DNA from: an uncultured Candidatus Rokubacteria bacterium
GTDB taxonomy: Bacteria; Methylomirabilota; Methylomirabilia; Rokubacteriales; CSP1-6
Assembly: GCA_963747235.1 (NCBI GenBank)
Contig: CAVVEU010000008.1
Coordinates: 288,001-352,000, forward strand
Reading direction: 5' to 3'
DNA length: 64,000 bases
The position numbers were made by a program, and so were the translations under genes. The notes under the pieces were generated by a model, which made no database searches, was not told the origin of the DNA, and saw only the letters and a program-made list of their open reading frames with translations. Position 1 is the first letter of the stretch, and each line of letters starts with the position of its first letter. Positions 21,266-31,256 of the stretch are shown in pieces.

Positions 21266-24200
21266 ACTTCCTCAGCCCCTTCGCCCTGCTCCTGGCCACC
21301 CTGTCGGTGCCCCTCCTCCTCCTGTACTTTCTGAAGGTCCGGCGGCGGCAGATGCGGGTGTCGAGCCTGCTCCTCTGGGCGCCCGCGCTCCGCGACCGCG
21401 AGGCCTCCACCTTCTTCCAGCGGCTGCAGCGCGACCCGCTCCTCATCCTCCAGATCCTGGCCCTGCTCGCCCTCACCGCGGCGCTGGCCCGGCCGGCGGT
21501 GAACGTGATGGGGCAGGGGGCGAAGCGGATCGCCATCGTCATGGACAGCTCCGCCTCCATGAAGGCCACCGACGTGTCGCCCTCGCGCTTCGTGCAGGCG
21601 CAGCGGGCCGCGCTCGGGCTGCTCGGCCGCCTGGGCGAGGGCGCCGAGGTGATGGTGATCGAGGCGGGCGTGCAGCCCAGGGTGCTGGTGCCCTTCACCC
21701 GCGAGCACGACCGGGTCTCCTCGGCGATCCGCTCGATGGAGGCGCACGATCTCCCCAACCGGCTGCAGGAAGGCCTCCGCACCGCGCGCGCCCTGGTCGG
21801 CCCGGACCCGCGCGCGGAGATCCACGTCTTCACCGACGGCGCCCATCCCGACGCGCTCAAGGGGCAGGGGGACGACGTCCGCGTGCGCTGGACCGGCATC
21901 GGCCTCCGCTGCCAGCAACGTGGGCATCACGAACCTCGCGGTCCGCCGGAGCTACTTCGGGGCCTACAACTCGCAGGCGTTCTTCTCGGTCGGCAACTTC
22001 TCGGGCGAGCGGCGGACCCTCTCGCTCACGCTGACCCTGGACGACGAGGTCCTCGCCGAGCGCACGCTCACCCTCGACCCGCAGGTGCGGCGCGCGATCA
22101 CGGTGCCGTTCAGCGAGCAGCGCGGCGGGGTGCTCAAGCTCAAGCTCAACGTGACGGACGATCTCGCCGCCGACAACACCGCCTACGCGGTCATGCCGCC
22201 GCCCCGGACGATCTCGGTCCTCCTGGTCAGCCCCGGCAACCTGTTCCTCGAGAAGGTGCTGAAGACCGACCCGCAGGTGCAGCTCGAGGTGCGCAAGCCC
22301 GACACCTACCAGGGCGGCATGGAAGGCTTCGACGTCGTGGTGGTGGACAGCGTGAGCCCGCCGAAGCTGGGCAACGGCCGCTTCGTCCTCGTCAACACCG
22401 TGCCCGCGGACGTGCCGCTCGAGGTGCTGGGGCGCCTCGAAGTCCCACCGATCATGGACTGGGACCGCACGCATCCGATCATGCGGCAGATCGACTTCGC
22501 CAAGGTGACGATCGAGGACGCGATGCGCGTCCGGCCGCTCGCCGCCGGCAAGACGCTGGTGGAGGCGGTGGGCGGGCCGCTGATCTACGTCCTCGAGGAG
22601 CGCGACCGCAAGGCCGTCTTCTTCGGCTTCGATCTCTTCCGCAGCGACTTCCCGCTGCGGGTGGCCTTCCCGCTCATGCTCTCCAAGGGGCTCCGCTGGC
22701 TGCACCCGGCCGGGCTCGACCAGGCGAGCCTGCAGCTCCAGGCGGGCCAGCCGATCCTGCTGCCGGTGGAGCACGGGGTGACCACCGCCACCGTGCGCAC
22801 GCCGTCCGGACGGAGCGTGCGGGCGCAGGTCAACCGCGGGATGGCGAGCTTCACCGAGACCGACGAGGTCGGCATCTACTCGGTGGTGACCGGCCGCGGC
22901 GAGACCCGCGTGGCGGTGAACCTGATGAACGGCGACGAGTCGGACCTGACCCCGCAGCCGCTGCCCACCTTCGTGGAGAGCGCGCGGCCGGAGTCGGCCC
23001 CGGTGCTGATCGTGCGCGAGCTCTGGCCGTTCTTCGTGGCCCTGGCCCTGCTGCTCTTCGCCCTGGAGGGCTTCCTCTACTGGCGCCGGCAGACCGGCGG
23101 GCGCCTCGGGCTGCCCCGGGGCCTGGGCGACCGCTGGGCCCTCGGGCTCCGCTGCGCGCTCCTGGCGATGCTGCTCTTCGCGCTGACCAAGCCGACGATC
23201 CCGCGCTGGGTCGACCGGCTGAACGTGACCTTCCTGCTGGACGTGTCGGACAGCGTGAGCCTGGCCGCCCGCGAGAGCGCGTACCGGTTCGCCGCCCAGT
23301 CGGTGGCGAGCATGCAGCCGGGCGACCAGGCCGGCGTGGTGGTGTTCGGCGAGGAAGCGATGGTGGACCAGCCGCTCCGCGCGACCGCCAAGCTCGAGCG
23401 GCCCCAGGCCCAGGTGCCGCGGGCGCGGGACGAACCTGGCGCAGGCGCTCCAGCTCGCGCTGGCCACCGCGCCCCCCGGCCAGGCCAACCGGTTCGTGCT
23501 GCTCACGGACGGCCGGCAGAATGCAGGGCAACGCGCTCGCGGTGGCGCAGGCGGCCAAGGACGCGGGCGCCGACATCTATTACGTGCCGGCGCCGCTGAC
23601 CTTCACGCAGGAAGTGGTCGTGGAGTCCATGGTGCTGCCGCAGGAGGTGAAGTTCGGCGAGCCGTTCCAGGCCAAGGTGGTGGCGTGGAGCCAGGCGGAG
23701 ACGCAGGGGCGGCTCTCGCTCTACCGCAACGCCGAGTTCCTCGGCTCGCAGGTGGTGCGCCTGTCCCCGGGCAAGAACGTCTTCACCTACCGGCAGTCGC
23801 TCGAGCAGAGCGGGATCCACGTCTACCAGGCCGCGCTCGACGTGGACGGCGACACCATCGAGGAGAACAACCGCGCGGTCGGCACCCTGGTCGTGCGCGG
23901 GCGGCCGCAGGTGCTGCTCGCCGAGAAGGACCGCAACCAGGCCCAGGCCCTCGCCGCGGCCCTGCGCTCCCAGCACGTGGACGTGACGGTGGTGGAGGCC
24001 GACAGCATCCCCAAGGACATGGCGGGGCTGCAGAAGTACGACGGCCTCATCCTGTCCAACGTGTCGTCGCTCAAGATGACGAAGAAGCAGATGGAGAACA
24101 TCCGCGACTACGTCCGCGAGCAGGGCGGCGGGCTCATGATGCTGGGCGGCGAGGAGAGCTTCGGCCTCGGCGGCTACTACCGCACGCCGATCGAGGAAGC

Positions 24201-25665
24201 GCTCCCGGTGACGATGGAGGTGAAGCAGAAGATCGAGATCCCGAGCCTGGCCGTGGTGCTCTCGATCGACCGCTCGGGCTCCATGGCCATGACCACCGAC
24301 GAGAAGGTGACCAAGCTCGACATCGCCAAGGAGGCCTCGCACCTGGTGGTGGACCTGCTCGACGAGCGCAACGAGGTCGGGGTCATGAGCTGGGACACCG
24401 AGTTCATCTGGGACGCGCCCCTCCGGCCGGCCCGGGACAAGCAGGGCATCCACCACGCGATCTCCACGATCAAGGCGGGCGGCGGCACCGACGGCTACCC
24501 GGCGCTGAAGGAGGCCTACCAGGTCCTCTTCGACCGGCCCGGCGCTGCTGAAGCACGTCATCTTCCTGTCGGACGGGCAGATGACCCGCGGCGACTTCTC
24601 GGGCCTGCTGCGGCGCATGGCCAAGGACAAGATCACGGTGTCGACCGTGGCCATCGGCAAGGACGCCGACGTGCCCGCTCATGGTGGACGTGGCCAAGTG
24701 GGGCCGCGGGCGCTTCTACTACACCGAGGACGACTCCACGATTCCCCGCATCTTCACCCTGGAGACGCAGCTCGCCTCCAAGGCGTCGCTCGTGGAGCAG
24801 CCCTTCAAGGCCACCGTGGCCAGCCCCGGCGCACGAGGCCATCCAGGAGATCGACTGGAAGGAAGCGCCGCCGCTCGGCGGCTACGTGGCCACCAGCATG
24901 AAGAGCAACGCGGACCTGGTGCTGATGACGCACCAGGAGGACCCGCTGCTCGCCACGTGGCGCTACGGCCTGGGCCGGTCGGTGGCCTTCACCTCCGACG
25001 CCAAGGCCAAGTGGGGCGTGCTCTGGGTGCGCTGGGGCGGCTTCAACAAGTTCTGGTCCCAGGTGACGCGCTGGACGCTGCGCACGGGCACCCGGAGCGA
25101 TACGGTGGCCACGGTCTCGCGCAGCGACAACGTGGGCGAGGTGCTGGTCGACGCGATCGATCCCAAGGGCGAGTTCATCAACTTCCTCGACTCGCAGGTC
25201 GGCGTGGTGTCGCCGGACAAGACGCGCACCGTGATCGATCTCGAGCAGATCGGCCCGGGCCGCTACCGCGGGCGCTTCCCGGCGAGCCAGGAGGGCGTGT
25301 ACCTGGTCGGCATGGCCCAGCGCCGGGCGGACCAGATGGTGGGCTCCCAGCTCGCCGGCCTCGTGGTGCCCTATGGCCAGGAGTTCCGCGACCTGGGCGT
25401 GGACGAGACGTTCCTCCGGGAGCTCTCCGAGCTCACCGGCGGCGGCATGCTGAGCGATCCGAAGGACGCGTTCCTCCAGAACCGGCACAAGTCGCGCCTG
25501 AGCGTGGACATCTGGCCGTGGCTGGTGGGGATGGTGGCGGTGCTGCTGATCCCGGAGATCGCGCTGCGCCGGATCGGGCCGGTTGGCCTCGGCCGGCTGA
25601 TGGCGCGCCTGCGCGCGGGCCGAGCCAAAGGAGGGCGTGGAGATGAGAGCGCTGATCCGAGCTAA
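21262..25665 (+). CDS. Large BatA-VWA / VWA / GATase-like (DUF1355) / VWA membrane protein; several indels
   Basis: BatA N-terminus (PLLLLYFLK...VSSLLLW); MIDAS-like DSSAS, DVSDS and DRSGS; GGGLMMLGGEESFGLGGYYRTPIEEALPV; WRYGLGRSVAFTSD; C-terminal TM. Confidence 0.8.
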   Translation: MNFLSPFALLLATLSVPLLLLYFLKVRRRQMRVSSLLLWAPALRDREASTFFQRLQRDPLLILQILALLALTAALARPAVNVMGQGAKRIAIVMDSSASMKATDVSPSRFVQAQRAALGLLGRLGEGAEVMVIEAGVQPRVLVPFTREHDRVSSAIRSMEAHDLPNRLQEGLRTARALVGPDPRAEIHVFTDGAHPDALKGQGDDVRVRWTGIGLRCQQRGHHEPRGPPELLRGLQLAGVLLGRQLLGRAADPLAHADPGRRGPRRAHAHPRPAGAARDHGAVQRAARRGAQAQAQRDGRSRRRQHRLRGHAAAPDDLGPPGQPRQPVPREGAEDRPAGAARGAQARHLPGRHGRLRRRGGGQREPAEAGQRPLRPRQHRARGRAARGAGAPRSPTDHGLGPHASDHAADRLRQGDDRGRDARPAARRRQDAGGGGGRAADLRPRGARPQGRLLRLRSLPQRLPAAGGLPAHALQGAPLAAPGRARPGEPAAPGGPADPAAGGARGDHRHRAHAVRTERAGAGQPRDGELHRDRRGRHLLGGDRPRRDPRGGEPDERRRVGPDPAAAAHLRGERAAGVGPGADRARALAVLRGPGPAALRPGGLPLLAPADRRAPRAAPGPGRPLGPRAPLRAPGDAALRADQADDPALGRPAERDLPAGRVGQREPGRPRERVPVRRPVGGEHAAGRPGRRGGVRRGSDGGPAAPRDRQARAAPGPGAAGAGRTWRRRSSSRWPPRPPARPTGSCCSRTAGRMQGNALAVAQAAKDAGADIYYVPAPLTFTQEVVVESMVLPQEVKFGEPFQAKVVAWSQAETQGRLSLYRNAEFLGSQVVRLSPGKNVFTYRQSLEQSGIHVYQAALDVDGDTIEENNRAVGTLVVRGRPQVLLAEKDRNQAQALAAALRSQHVDVTVVEADSIPKDMAGLQKYDGLILSNVSSLKMTKKQMENIRDYVREQGGGLMMLGGEESFGLGGYYRTPIEEALPVTMEVKQKIEIPSLAVVLSIDRSGSMAMTTDEKVTKLDIAKEASHLVVDLLDERNEVGVMSWDTEFIWDAPLRPARDKQGIHHAISTIKAGGGTDGYPALKEAYQVLFDRPGAAEARHLPVGRADDPRRLLGPAAAHGQGQDHGVDRGHRQGRRRARSWWTWPSGAAGASTTPRTTPRFPASSPWRRSSPPRRRSWSSPSRPPWPAPAHEAIQEIDWKEAPPLGGYVATSMKSNADLVLMTHQEDPLLATWRYGLGRSVAFTSDAKAKWGVLWVRWGGFNKFWSQVTRWTLRTGTRSDTVATVSRSDNVGEVLVDAIDPKGEFINFLDSQVGVVSPDKTRTVIDLEQIGPGRYRGRFPASQEGVYLVGMAQRRADQMVGSQLAGLVVPYGQEFRDLGVDETFLRELSELTGGGMLSDPKDAFLQNRHKSRLSVDIWPWLVGMVAVLLIPEIALRRIGPVGLGRLMARLRAGRAKGGRGDESADPS

Positions 25666-26990
25666 CCGGACCGTCGTCACCGCACTGCTGCTCGCGCTGG
25701 TCGCCGCCGCGGGGGTCGAGGCGGCGCCCAAGCCGCGCAACGTGCTCATCCTGCCGTTCGCGCACCGTGGACCTGACGCGGGAGGAGCAGTGGATCGGCG
25801 AGGGCGTGGCGCAGTCGCTCATGCTCGCCCTCGTCCACGTGCCGGGGCTCGTGCAGATCGACCGCGACCGCCTGCGGCAGGTTCCGCAGCCCGAGGCGTG
25901 GGACGAGACGGCCGCCGTGGCCGCCGCGAAGCGGCTCGGCGCGGACGTCGCCCTGTTCGGGGAGGTGAAGCGGACGGGGAGCGACCTGATCCTGCAACCT
26001 CGCTTCGTCGAGCTGCGCGGCGACAAGGTCGAGCGCGGCACGCTCGATACGGTCGCCATCGCGGAGGGCCAGCTGCTGGACCGGCTCCGTCCGCTGCCCG
26101 CCGGCTACCTCAAGGCCCTCCGAGCCCCCGCGAGCGACGTGGAGCTGGCGCGCGTCCAGAAGTGGGCGGCGCCCACCGGACAGCTACGCGCCTACGAGCT
26201 CTACGTGCGCGGGCGCCAGGCCGCGTACCGGACGACGCAGGACGGCAGCGAGGCGGCGGTCGAGTTCCTGAGCCGCGCCATCGAGGCGGATCCGCAGTTC
26301 GTCGCCGCCCAGCACGCGCTCGGCGTGGTCCACCAGAACCTCGGCAATCGCTGGAAGGCGGCCGCGCAGTTCCGCGCCTCCGCCCAGCTCGATCCGACCT
26401 ACGCGGAGCCCTACAAGGCGCTGGGCGATCTGTACCTCACGGCGCCGCGCCGCCTCTTCGAGGAGGCCATCAAGGCCTACGCGAAGGCCATCGAGCTGCG
26501 CCCGTTCTACGCGGAGGCGCACGTGGGGCTGGGCGATGCGCTCGCCGCGAAGGGCGACGTGGATCCGGCGGTCGCCGCGTACCAGCGCGGCATCGAGCAC
26601 AATCCGATGAATGGCAAGGTGTACGTGAGCCTGGGGAAGCTCTACTACTCCGAGAAGGGGCTCTACTACGAGTCGGTCAACGCCTACAAGAAGGCGATCG
26701 ACCTGGATCCCACGTACCTCGACGCGCGGATGGGGCTGGCCGAGGTGTACGAGGACAAGGGACTCTACAAGGAAGCCATCGAGGAGTACCGCAAGGTCGT
26801 GGACGCCGACGCCAAGAACACCGGCGCGCTCTACAACCTGGCCCTCGTCTACGAGAAGGTGGACCCCAAGGAATCGATCACGCTCTGGGAGCGCTACATC
26901 GGCCTGGCCGGGAACCTGCCCGCGGAGAAGGACTGGGTGGACGTCGCCCGGCTGCACCTGCGCAAGCTGAAGCAGCAGCAGGGCAACTAG
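25643..26990 (+). CDS. Exported TolB-N-like/TPR-repeat protein; one indel
   Basis: Signal peptide, ILPF..WIGEGVAQSL, several TPRs (YAEAHVGLGDAL, AYKKAIDLDP). Confidence 0.85.
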
Positions 26991-27007
26991 CGGACCGACG
27001 TCCCGGG

Positions 27008-27253
27008 CTAGATTCCCAGCAGGGTCTTGAGCTGCGGCTTGTTGAAGCCGCGGACCACCTGATCCCCCACCACGATCACCGGGATGCTCATGCCTCCCGA
27101 CAGCTTGATCAGCTCGTCCCGGGCCTCCGCGTCGGCCAGGACATTGACGTCCTCGAACACCACCCCCTGAGACGAAAGATACTCTTTCGCCGCCTTGCAG
27201 GGCCCTCAGGTGGGACTGCTGAAGACTCGGACGACCGGCTGCGGGTCAATCAT
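27008..27253 (-). CDS. Glutaredoxin-like (NrdH/YruB) selenoprotein, 81 aa, UxxC motif (absent from the ORF track)
   Basis: MIDPQPVVRVFSSPT-TGA-GPCKAAKEYLSSQGVVFEDVNVLADAEARDELIKLSGGMSIPVIVVGDQVVRGFNKPQLKTLLGI; UGA at 27206-27208; cis-Pro and GF motifs; frame intact. Confidence 0.92.
27165..27202 (-). promoter_or_regulatory. Bacterial SECIS element of the selenoglutaredoxin
   Basis: mRNA CCCUG...GGCGAAAGA-GUA-UCUUUCGUC-U-CAGGG: lower stem plus 9-bp upper stem with apical G, 3 nt after the UGA. Confidence 0.85.
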
Positions 27254-27496
27254 CGGTGTCGGCCTTTCTGTGTGCCTGCGAGCGAAGTGGGTGACGCGTC
27301 TAGCGTAGCAGAGGGCCCGGTTCAGCGCCCGTTTCAGTCACTCCATTGTGACTGCCCCCGTCAGGCGTGGCGGCCCCGGTCCACTCGATTCCAGCCGGTC
27401 TACGCGTTTTCAGCTAGATACCCTGTGCAGGACCTGCTGGCCCCTCTCTTGCTCTGTTACGAGGCCGCAGTAGTGACCCGACTGGAGGGGACGATC

Positions 27497-27886
27497 ATGG
27501 CCCGCTGGTTCCGGAGCAGAGAGCGAGGCTTCACGCTGGTCGAGCTGATGGTCGTCGTGGCCGTCATCGGTGTCCTCGCCACGATCGCGATCCCGCTCTA
27601 CGCCAACGTGCTGGCCCGCGGCCGGATCGCGAAGGCGCAGGCCGATTCCCGCTCCCTGGCCTCGGCGGTCGGTGTCTACGGCGCCCACATGGGGACGATC
27701 CCGTCGGCCCTCACCCAGCTCACCTCGGTCGTGACCAACGCGCAGGGGAACCGGGCGGGCCCGTTCATGAACTCGATGCCGATCCCGCCGGGGGGATGGG
27801 CCGCTTACGCCTACACCGCGAACGTCTCGGCCGGGACCTACTCGATCACCTCCAGCGGCGACGGCACCAGCGTCACCTCTCCGTAG
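27497..27886 (+). CDS. Type IV pilin / pseudopilin
   Basis: RERG|FTLVELMVVVAVIGVLATIAIP prepilin cleavage/methylation motif; SD GGAGG. Confidence 0.9.
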   Translation: MARWFRSRERGFTLVELMVVVAVIGVLATIAIPLYANVLARGRIAKAQADSRSLASAVGVYGAHMGTIPSALTQLTSVVTNAQGNRAGPFMNSMPIPPGGWAAYAYTANVSAGTYSITSSGDGTSVTSP

Positions 27887-27976
27887 CGTCGGTCCGCGGC
27901 CGCCGCGCCGCCGATCGCGTTGTAACCCCCGGCCGACCTTGACTTAACGAAGGGCATTCCCTATGGTGACCCAGTC

Positions 27977-28960
27977 ATGAGCGATCTCCGCAAGGATCCG
28001 ACCAGGGGCCGCTGGGTTCTCGTACGCCCGGGCCCGAAGCGCCCCGCCGCCTCGGTGTGTCCGTTCTGTCCCGGGAACGAGTCGCATACGCCCCGCGAGA
28101 TCTTCGCCTACCGCAAGGAAGGCTCGGCGCCCAACGGACCCGGCTGGTCGGTGCGGGTGATCCCGGAGGCCGATCCCTACTTCCGCGTCGAGCAGGAGCT
28201 CGTGCGCGAGGGGCTGGGGCTCTACGACCGCATCTCGCCCCGAGGCGCCACCGAGCTGATCGTCGAGAGCCCGAGCCACGACGACACCGCGGCCACGCTG
28301 GGCGACGGGCAGTGGGAGCAGGTGCTCTGGATGTACGGGGAGCGCATCCGGGATCTCAAGCGGGATCAGAGCATCCGCGACATCCTGGTCACGCGGCGCC
28401 ACCGGGCGCCCGGCTCGCGGATCACGCATCCGTACTCACGCCTCACCGCCATTCCGATCATCTTCGATGAGGTGCGGCGCAAGCTCCGCGAGTGCCGCGA
28501 GCACTACGAGTACAAGCGGCGCTGCGTGTACTGCGACATGATCCGCCAGGAGATCGCCGCGGGCGATCGGGTGGTGCGGCTCACCGACCACTTCCTGGCC
28601 CTCTCGCCGTACGCGGCCTGCTCGCCGTACGAGACCTGGATCCTGCCTCGCCAGCACAATTGCCTCTACGAGGGCTCGCTCTCGGGGGACGTCGTGGCGG
28701 ACCTGGCGGGCCTCCTGAGCGGCCTCTTCCGCACCCTCAGCGGCAAGCTGGGGGACCCGCCGTTCGAGATGACGCTCTACACGGCGCCCAACCTGGCCGC
28801 CAAGATCCTGCCCGGGGAGTGGTCGACCATCGCCGACGACTACCACTGGCACATCGAGATCCGCACCGTGCCGGACCGCCTGAACGGGATCGGGGGCATC
28901 CACGTGAACGAGACGCCTCCCGAAGAGGCCGCCAAGCAGTTCCGGGATGCCTGGTTGTAG
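27977..28960 (+). CDS. GalT-like (DUF4931/HIT superfamily) nucleotidyltransferase homolog with altered active site
   Basis: LRKDPTRGRWV, CPFCPGNE, CVYCD, PYETWILP, YHWHIEI; HPHxQ motif reads HPYSR. Confidence 0.85.
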   Translation: MSDLRKDPTRGRWVLVRPGPKRPAASVCPFCPGNESHTPREIFAYRKEGSAPNGPGWSVRVIPEADPYFRVEQELVREGLGLYDRISPRGATELIVESPSHDDTAATLGDGQWEQVLWMYGERIRDLKRDQSIRDILVTRRHRAPGSRITHPYSRLTAIPIIFDEVRRKLRECREHYEYKRRCVYCDMIRQEIAAGDRVVRLTDHFLALSPYAACSPYETWILPRQHNCLYEGSLSGDVVADLAGLLSGLFRTLSGKLGDPPFEMTLYTAPNLAAKILPGEWSTIADDYHWHIEIRTVPDRLNGIGGIHVNETPPEEAAKQFRDAWL

Positions 28961-29013
28961 CCCGGTCAGGCCGCTCTAAGTACCACACCAGCCGCCAGAA
29001 ACCGAGATTCACC

Positions 29014-29079
29014 TTGACAGGGCCCAGTCCGGGTGGCAGACTCCGACTGTACAGGTCGCCGATCATAAGGGTCGGATAT
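29014..29079 (+). promoter_or_regulatory. isc promoter with candidate IscR type-1-like boxes
   Basis: TTGACA -35; CCGAC-N7-GTCG (29043-29058) and CCGAT-N7-GTCGG (29059-29075) resemble GAC-N7-GTC IscR sites. Confidence 0.5.
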
Positions 29080-29098
29080 AAGCGGGGAGGGCATCAGG

Positions 29099-29539
29099 TT
29101 GCTGAGATTCACGAAGCGAGCGGACTACGGGCTCATGGCCGTGCACTTCATCGCCTCGCACGGCGAAGACGGCGCGGTGAGCGCGAAGCGGATCGCGGAG
29201 GAGTTTCACATCCCGCCCGAGCGGTTGGCCAAGATCCTCCAGCGCCTGGCGAAGAAGAAGCTGGTCGCCAGCTCCAACGGCCCCAAGGGCGGCTACGTGC
29301 TGACCCGGGACCCGTCAGAGATCACGGTGGGGCAGGTGGTCCGGGCGCTCGAGGGCCCGATCAGCGTGGTGAGCTGCATGAGCGAGCGGGACGATTGCCC
29401 GCAGTTCGAGCGCTGCAACCTGCGGGGCCCGGTGCAGAAGATCCAGGCCAGTATCAGCCACGTACTGGATAGCATGACGCTCGCGGAGCTGGGGGCGGAG
29501 CCGACCGTCCCGGTCACACCGCTGGCGTTCATTCATTAG
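29099..29539 (+). CDS. iscR: Rrf2-family regulator, IscR-like
   Basis: [18 protein letters not shown], three Cys (SC...DC...RC); first gene of the isc operon. Confidence 0.85.
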   Translation: MLRFTKRADYGLMAVHFIASHGEDGAVSAKRIAEEFHIPPERLAKILQRLAKKKLVASSNGPKGGYVLTRDPSEITVGQVVRALEGPISVVSCMSERDDCPQFERCNLRGPVQKIQASISHVLDSMTLAELGAEPTVPVTPLAFIH

Positions 29540-29558
29540 AGTCGAGGAGAACGACGGT

Positions 29559-30785
29559 ATGGCGTTGAAGCTTCCGATCTTCATGGACAGCCAGTCCACG
29601 ACCCCGGTGGATCCCCGGGTGCTCGAGACGATGATCCCGTATTTCACGGAGAAGTTCGGCCATCCGGCGAGCCGCAACCATCCCTTCGGCTGGGAGGCCG
29701 AGGGCGGAGTGGACGTGGCCCGCGAGCAGATCGCCAAGCTGATCGGCGCCCGGGACCCCAAGGAGATCGTGTTCACCTCCGGGGGTACCGAGGCGATCAA
29801 CCTGGCCCTCAAGGGCGTGGTCGAGATGTACCGGGAGAAGGGCAACCACATCGTCACCACCACGATCGAGCAGCGGGCCACGCTGGACGTCTGCAAGCGG
29901 CTCGAGCGGCAGGGCTTCGAGGTGACCTATGTGCCGGTGGGCCGCGACGGGCTGGTGGACGTCGAGGCGGTCCGGGCCGCGCTGACCGACAAGACCATCC
30001 TGATCTCGGTCATGTTCGCCAACAACGAGATCGGGACGATCCAGCCGATGGCCGAGATCGGCAAGCTCGCCAAGGAGAAGGGCATCATCTTCCACACCGA
30101 CGCCACCCAGGCGGTGGGCAAGATCCCGGTGGACGTGGAGGCGATGGGCATCGACCTGCTGTCGGCCACCGCCCACATGCTGTACGGGCCCAAGGGCGTC
30201 GGCGCGCTCTACGTGCGGCGGAAGAACCCGCGGGTGCGCATCGCGCCCATGATGGACGGCGGCGGCCACGAGCGGGGCATGCGCTCCGGCACGGTGCCGG
30301 TGCCGCTGGTGGTCGGTTTCGGGAAGGCGGCGGAGATCTGCCGCGAGGGCATGGCCGAGGAGAGCAAGCGGCTCGCCGCGCTCCGCGACCGGCTCCAGGA
30401 GCAGATCGTCTCCAAGGTGGACGAGGCCTACGTGAACGGGCATCCCACGCTGCGCCTGCCGCACAACCTGAACATCTCCTTCGCCTACGTCGAGGGCGAG
30501 TCGGTGCTGATGGGGCTCAACAAGGAGGCGGCGCTGTCCTCGGGCTCGGCCTGCACCTCGGCCACGCTCGAGCCCTCGTACGTGATCTCGGCGCTGGGCG
30601 TGGACTCCGAGCTGGCCCACTCGTCGATCCGCTTCGGGCTGCACCGGTTCTCCACCGAGGAAGAGGTGGACTTCGTGGCGCGCAAGACGGTCGAGGTCGT
30701 GCTGCGGCTGCGGGAGATGTCGCCGCTCTACGAGCTCGCGAAGGAAGGCGTGGACCTGAAGTCGATCCACTGGAAGGCGGAATAG
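29559..30785 (+). CDS. iscS: IscS-family cysteine desulfurase homolog lacking the PLP Schiff-base lysine
   Basis: IscS signature throughout ([43 protein letters not shown]), but [10 protein letters not shown] instead of HK and EQRA instead of EHKA. Confidence 0.9.
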   Translation: MALKLPIFMDSQSTTPVDPRVLETMIPYFTEKFGHPASRNHPFGWEAEGGVDVAREQIAKLIGARDPKEIVFTSGGTEAINLALKGVVEMYREKGNHIVTTTIEQRATLDVCKRLERQGFEVTYVPVGRDGLVDVEAVRAALTDKTILISVMFANNEIGTIQPMAEIGKLAKEKGIIFHTDATQAVGKIPVDVEAMGIDLLSATAHMLYGPKGVGALYVRRKNPRVRIAPMMDGGGHERGMRSGTVPVPLVVGFGKAAEICREGMAEESKRLAALRDRLQEQIVSKVDEAYVNGHPTLRLPHNLNISFAYVEGESVLMGLNKEAALSSGSACTSATLEPSYVISALGVDSELAHSSIRFGLHRFSTEEEVDFVARKTVEVVLRLREMSPLYELAKEGVDLKSIHWKAE

Positions 30786-30811
30786 ACGCCGCCCGACGGC
30801 GCACAGGAGGC

Positions 30812-31237
30812 ATGACCGACATGGCCTACAGCGACAAGGTGGTCGATCACTACAACAACCCGCGCAACGTGGGGTCCTTCACCAAGGACACCCCGGGCGT
30901 GGGCACGGGGCTGGTGGGCGCGCCGGAGTGCGGCGACGTCATGAAGCTGCAGATCAAGGTCAACGTCGAGACCGGCGTCATCGAGGACGCCAAGTTCAAG
31001 ACGTTCGGCTGCGGCAGCGCCATCGCCTCGTCGAGCCTGGCCACCGAGTGGCTCAAGGGCCGGACGGTGGACGAGGCGGCCAAGATCAAGAACACGGACA
31101 TCGTCAACGAGCTGAAGCTGCCGCCGGTGAAGATCCACTGCTCGGTCCTCGCCGAGGACGCGATCAAGGCCGCGCTCCAGGACTACAAGGAAAAGTGGAG
31201 CGCGAACGAAGCCCCGGCGGGCCGGGACGCGTCCTAA
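30812..31237 (+). CDS. iscU: Fe-S scaffold IscU
   Basis: [42 protein letters not shown]. Confidence 0.96.
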   Translation: MTDMAYSDKVVDHYNNPRNVGSFTKDTPGVGTGLVGAPECGDVMKLQIKVNVETGVIEDAKFKTFGCGSAIASSSLATEWLKGRTVDEAAKIKNTDIVNELKLPPVKIHCSVLAEDAIKAALQDYKEKWSANEAPAGRDAS

Positions 31238-31256
31238 GGAAAGGAGACCGACGCCA

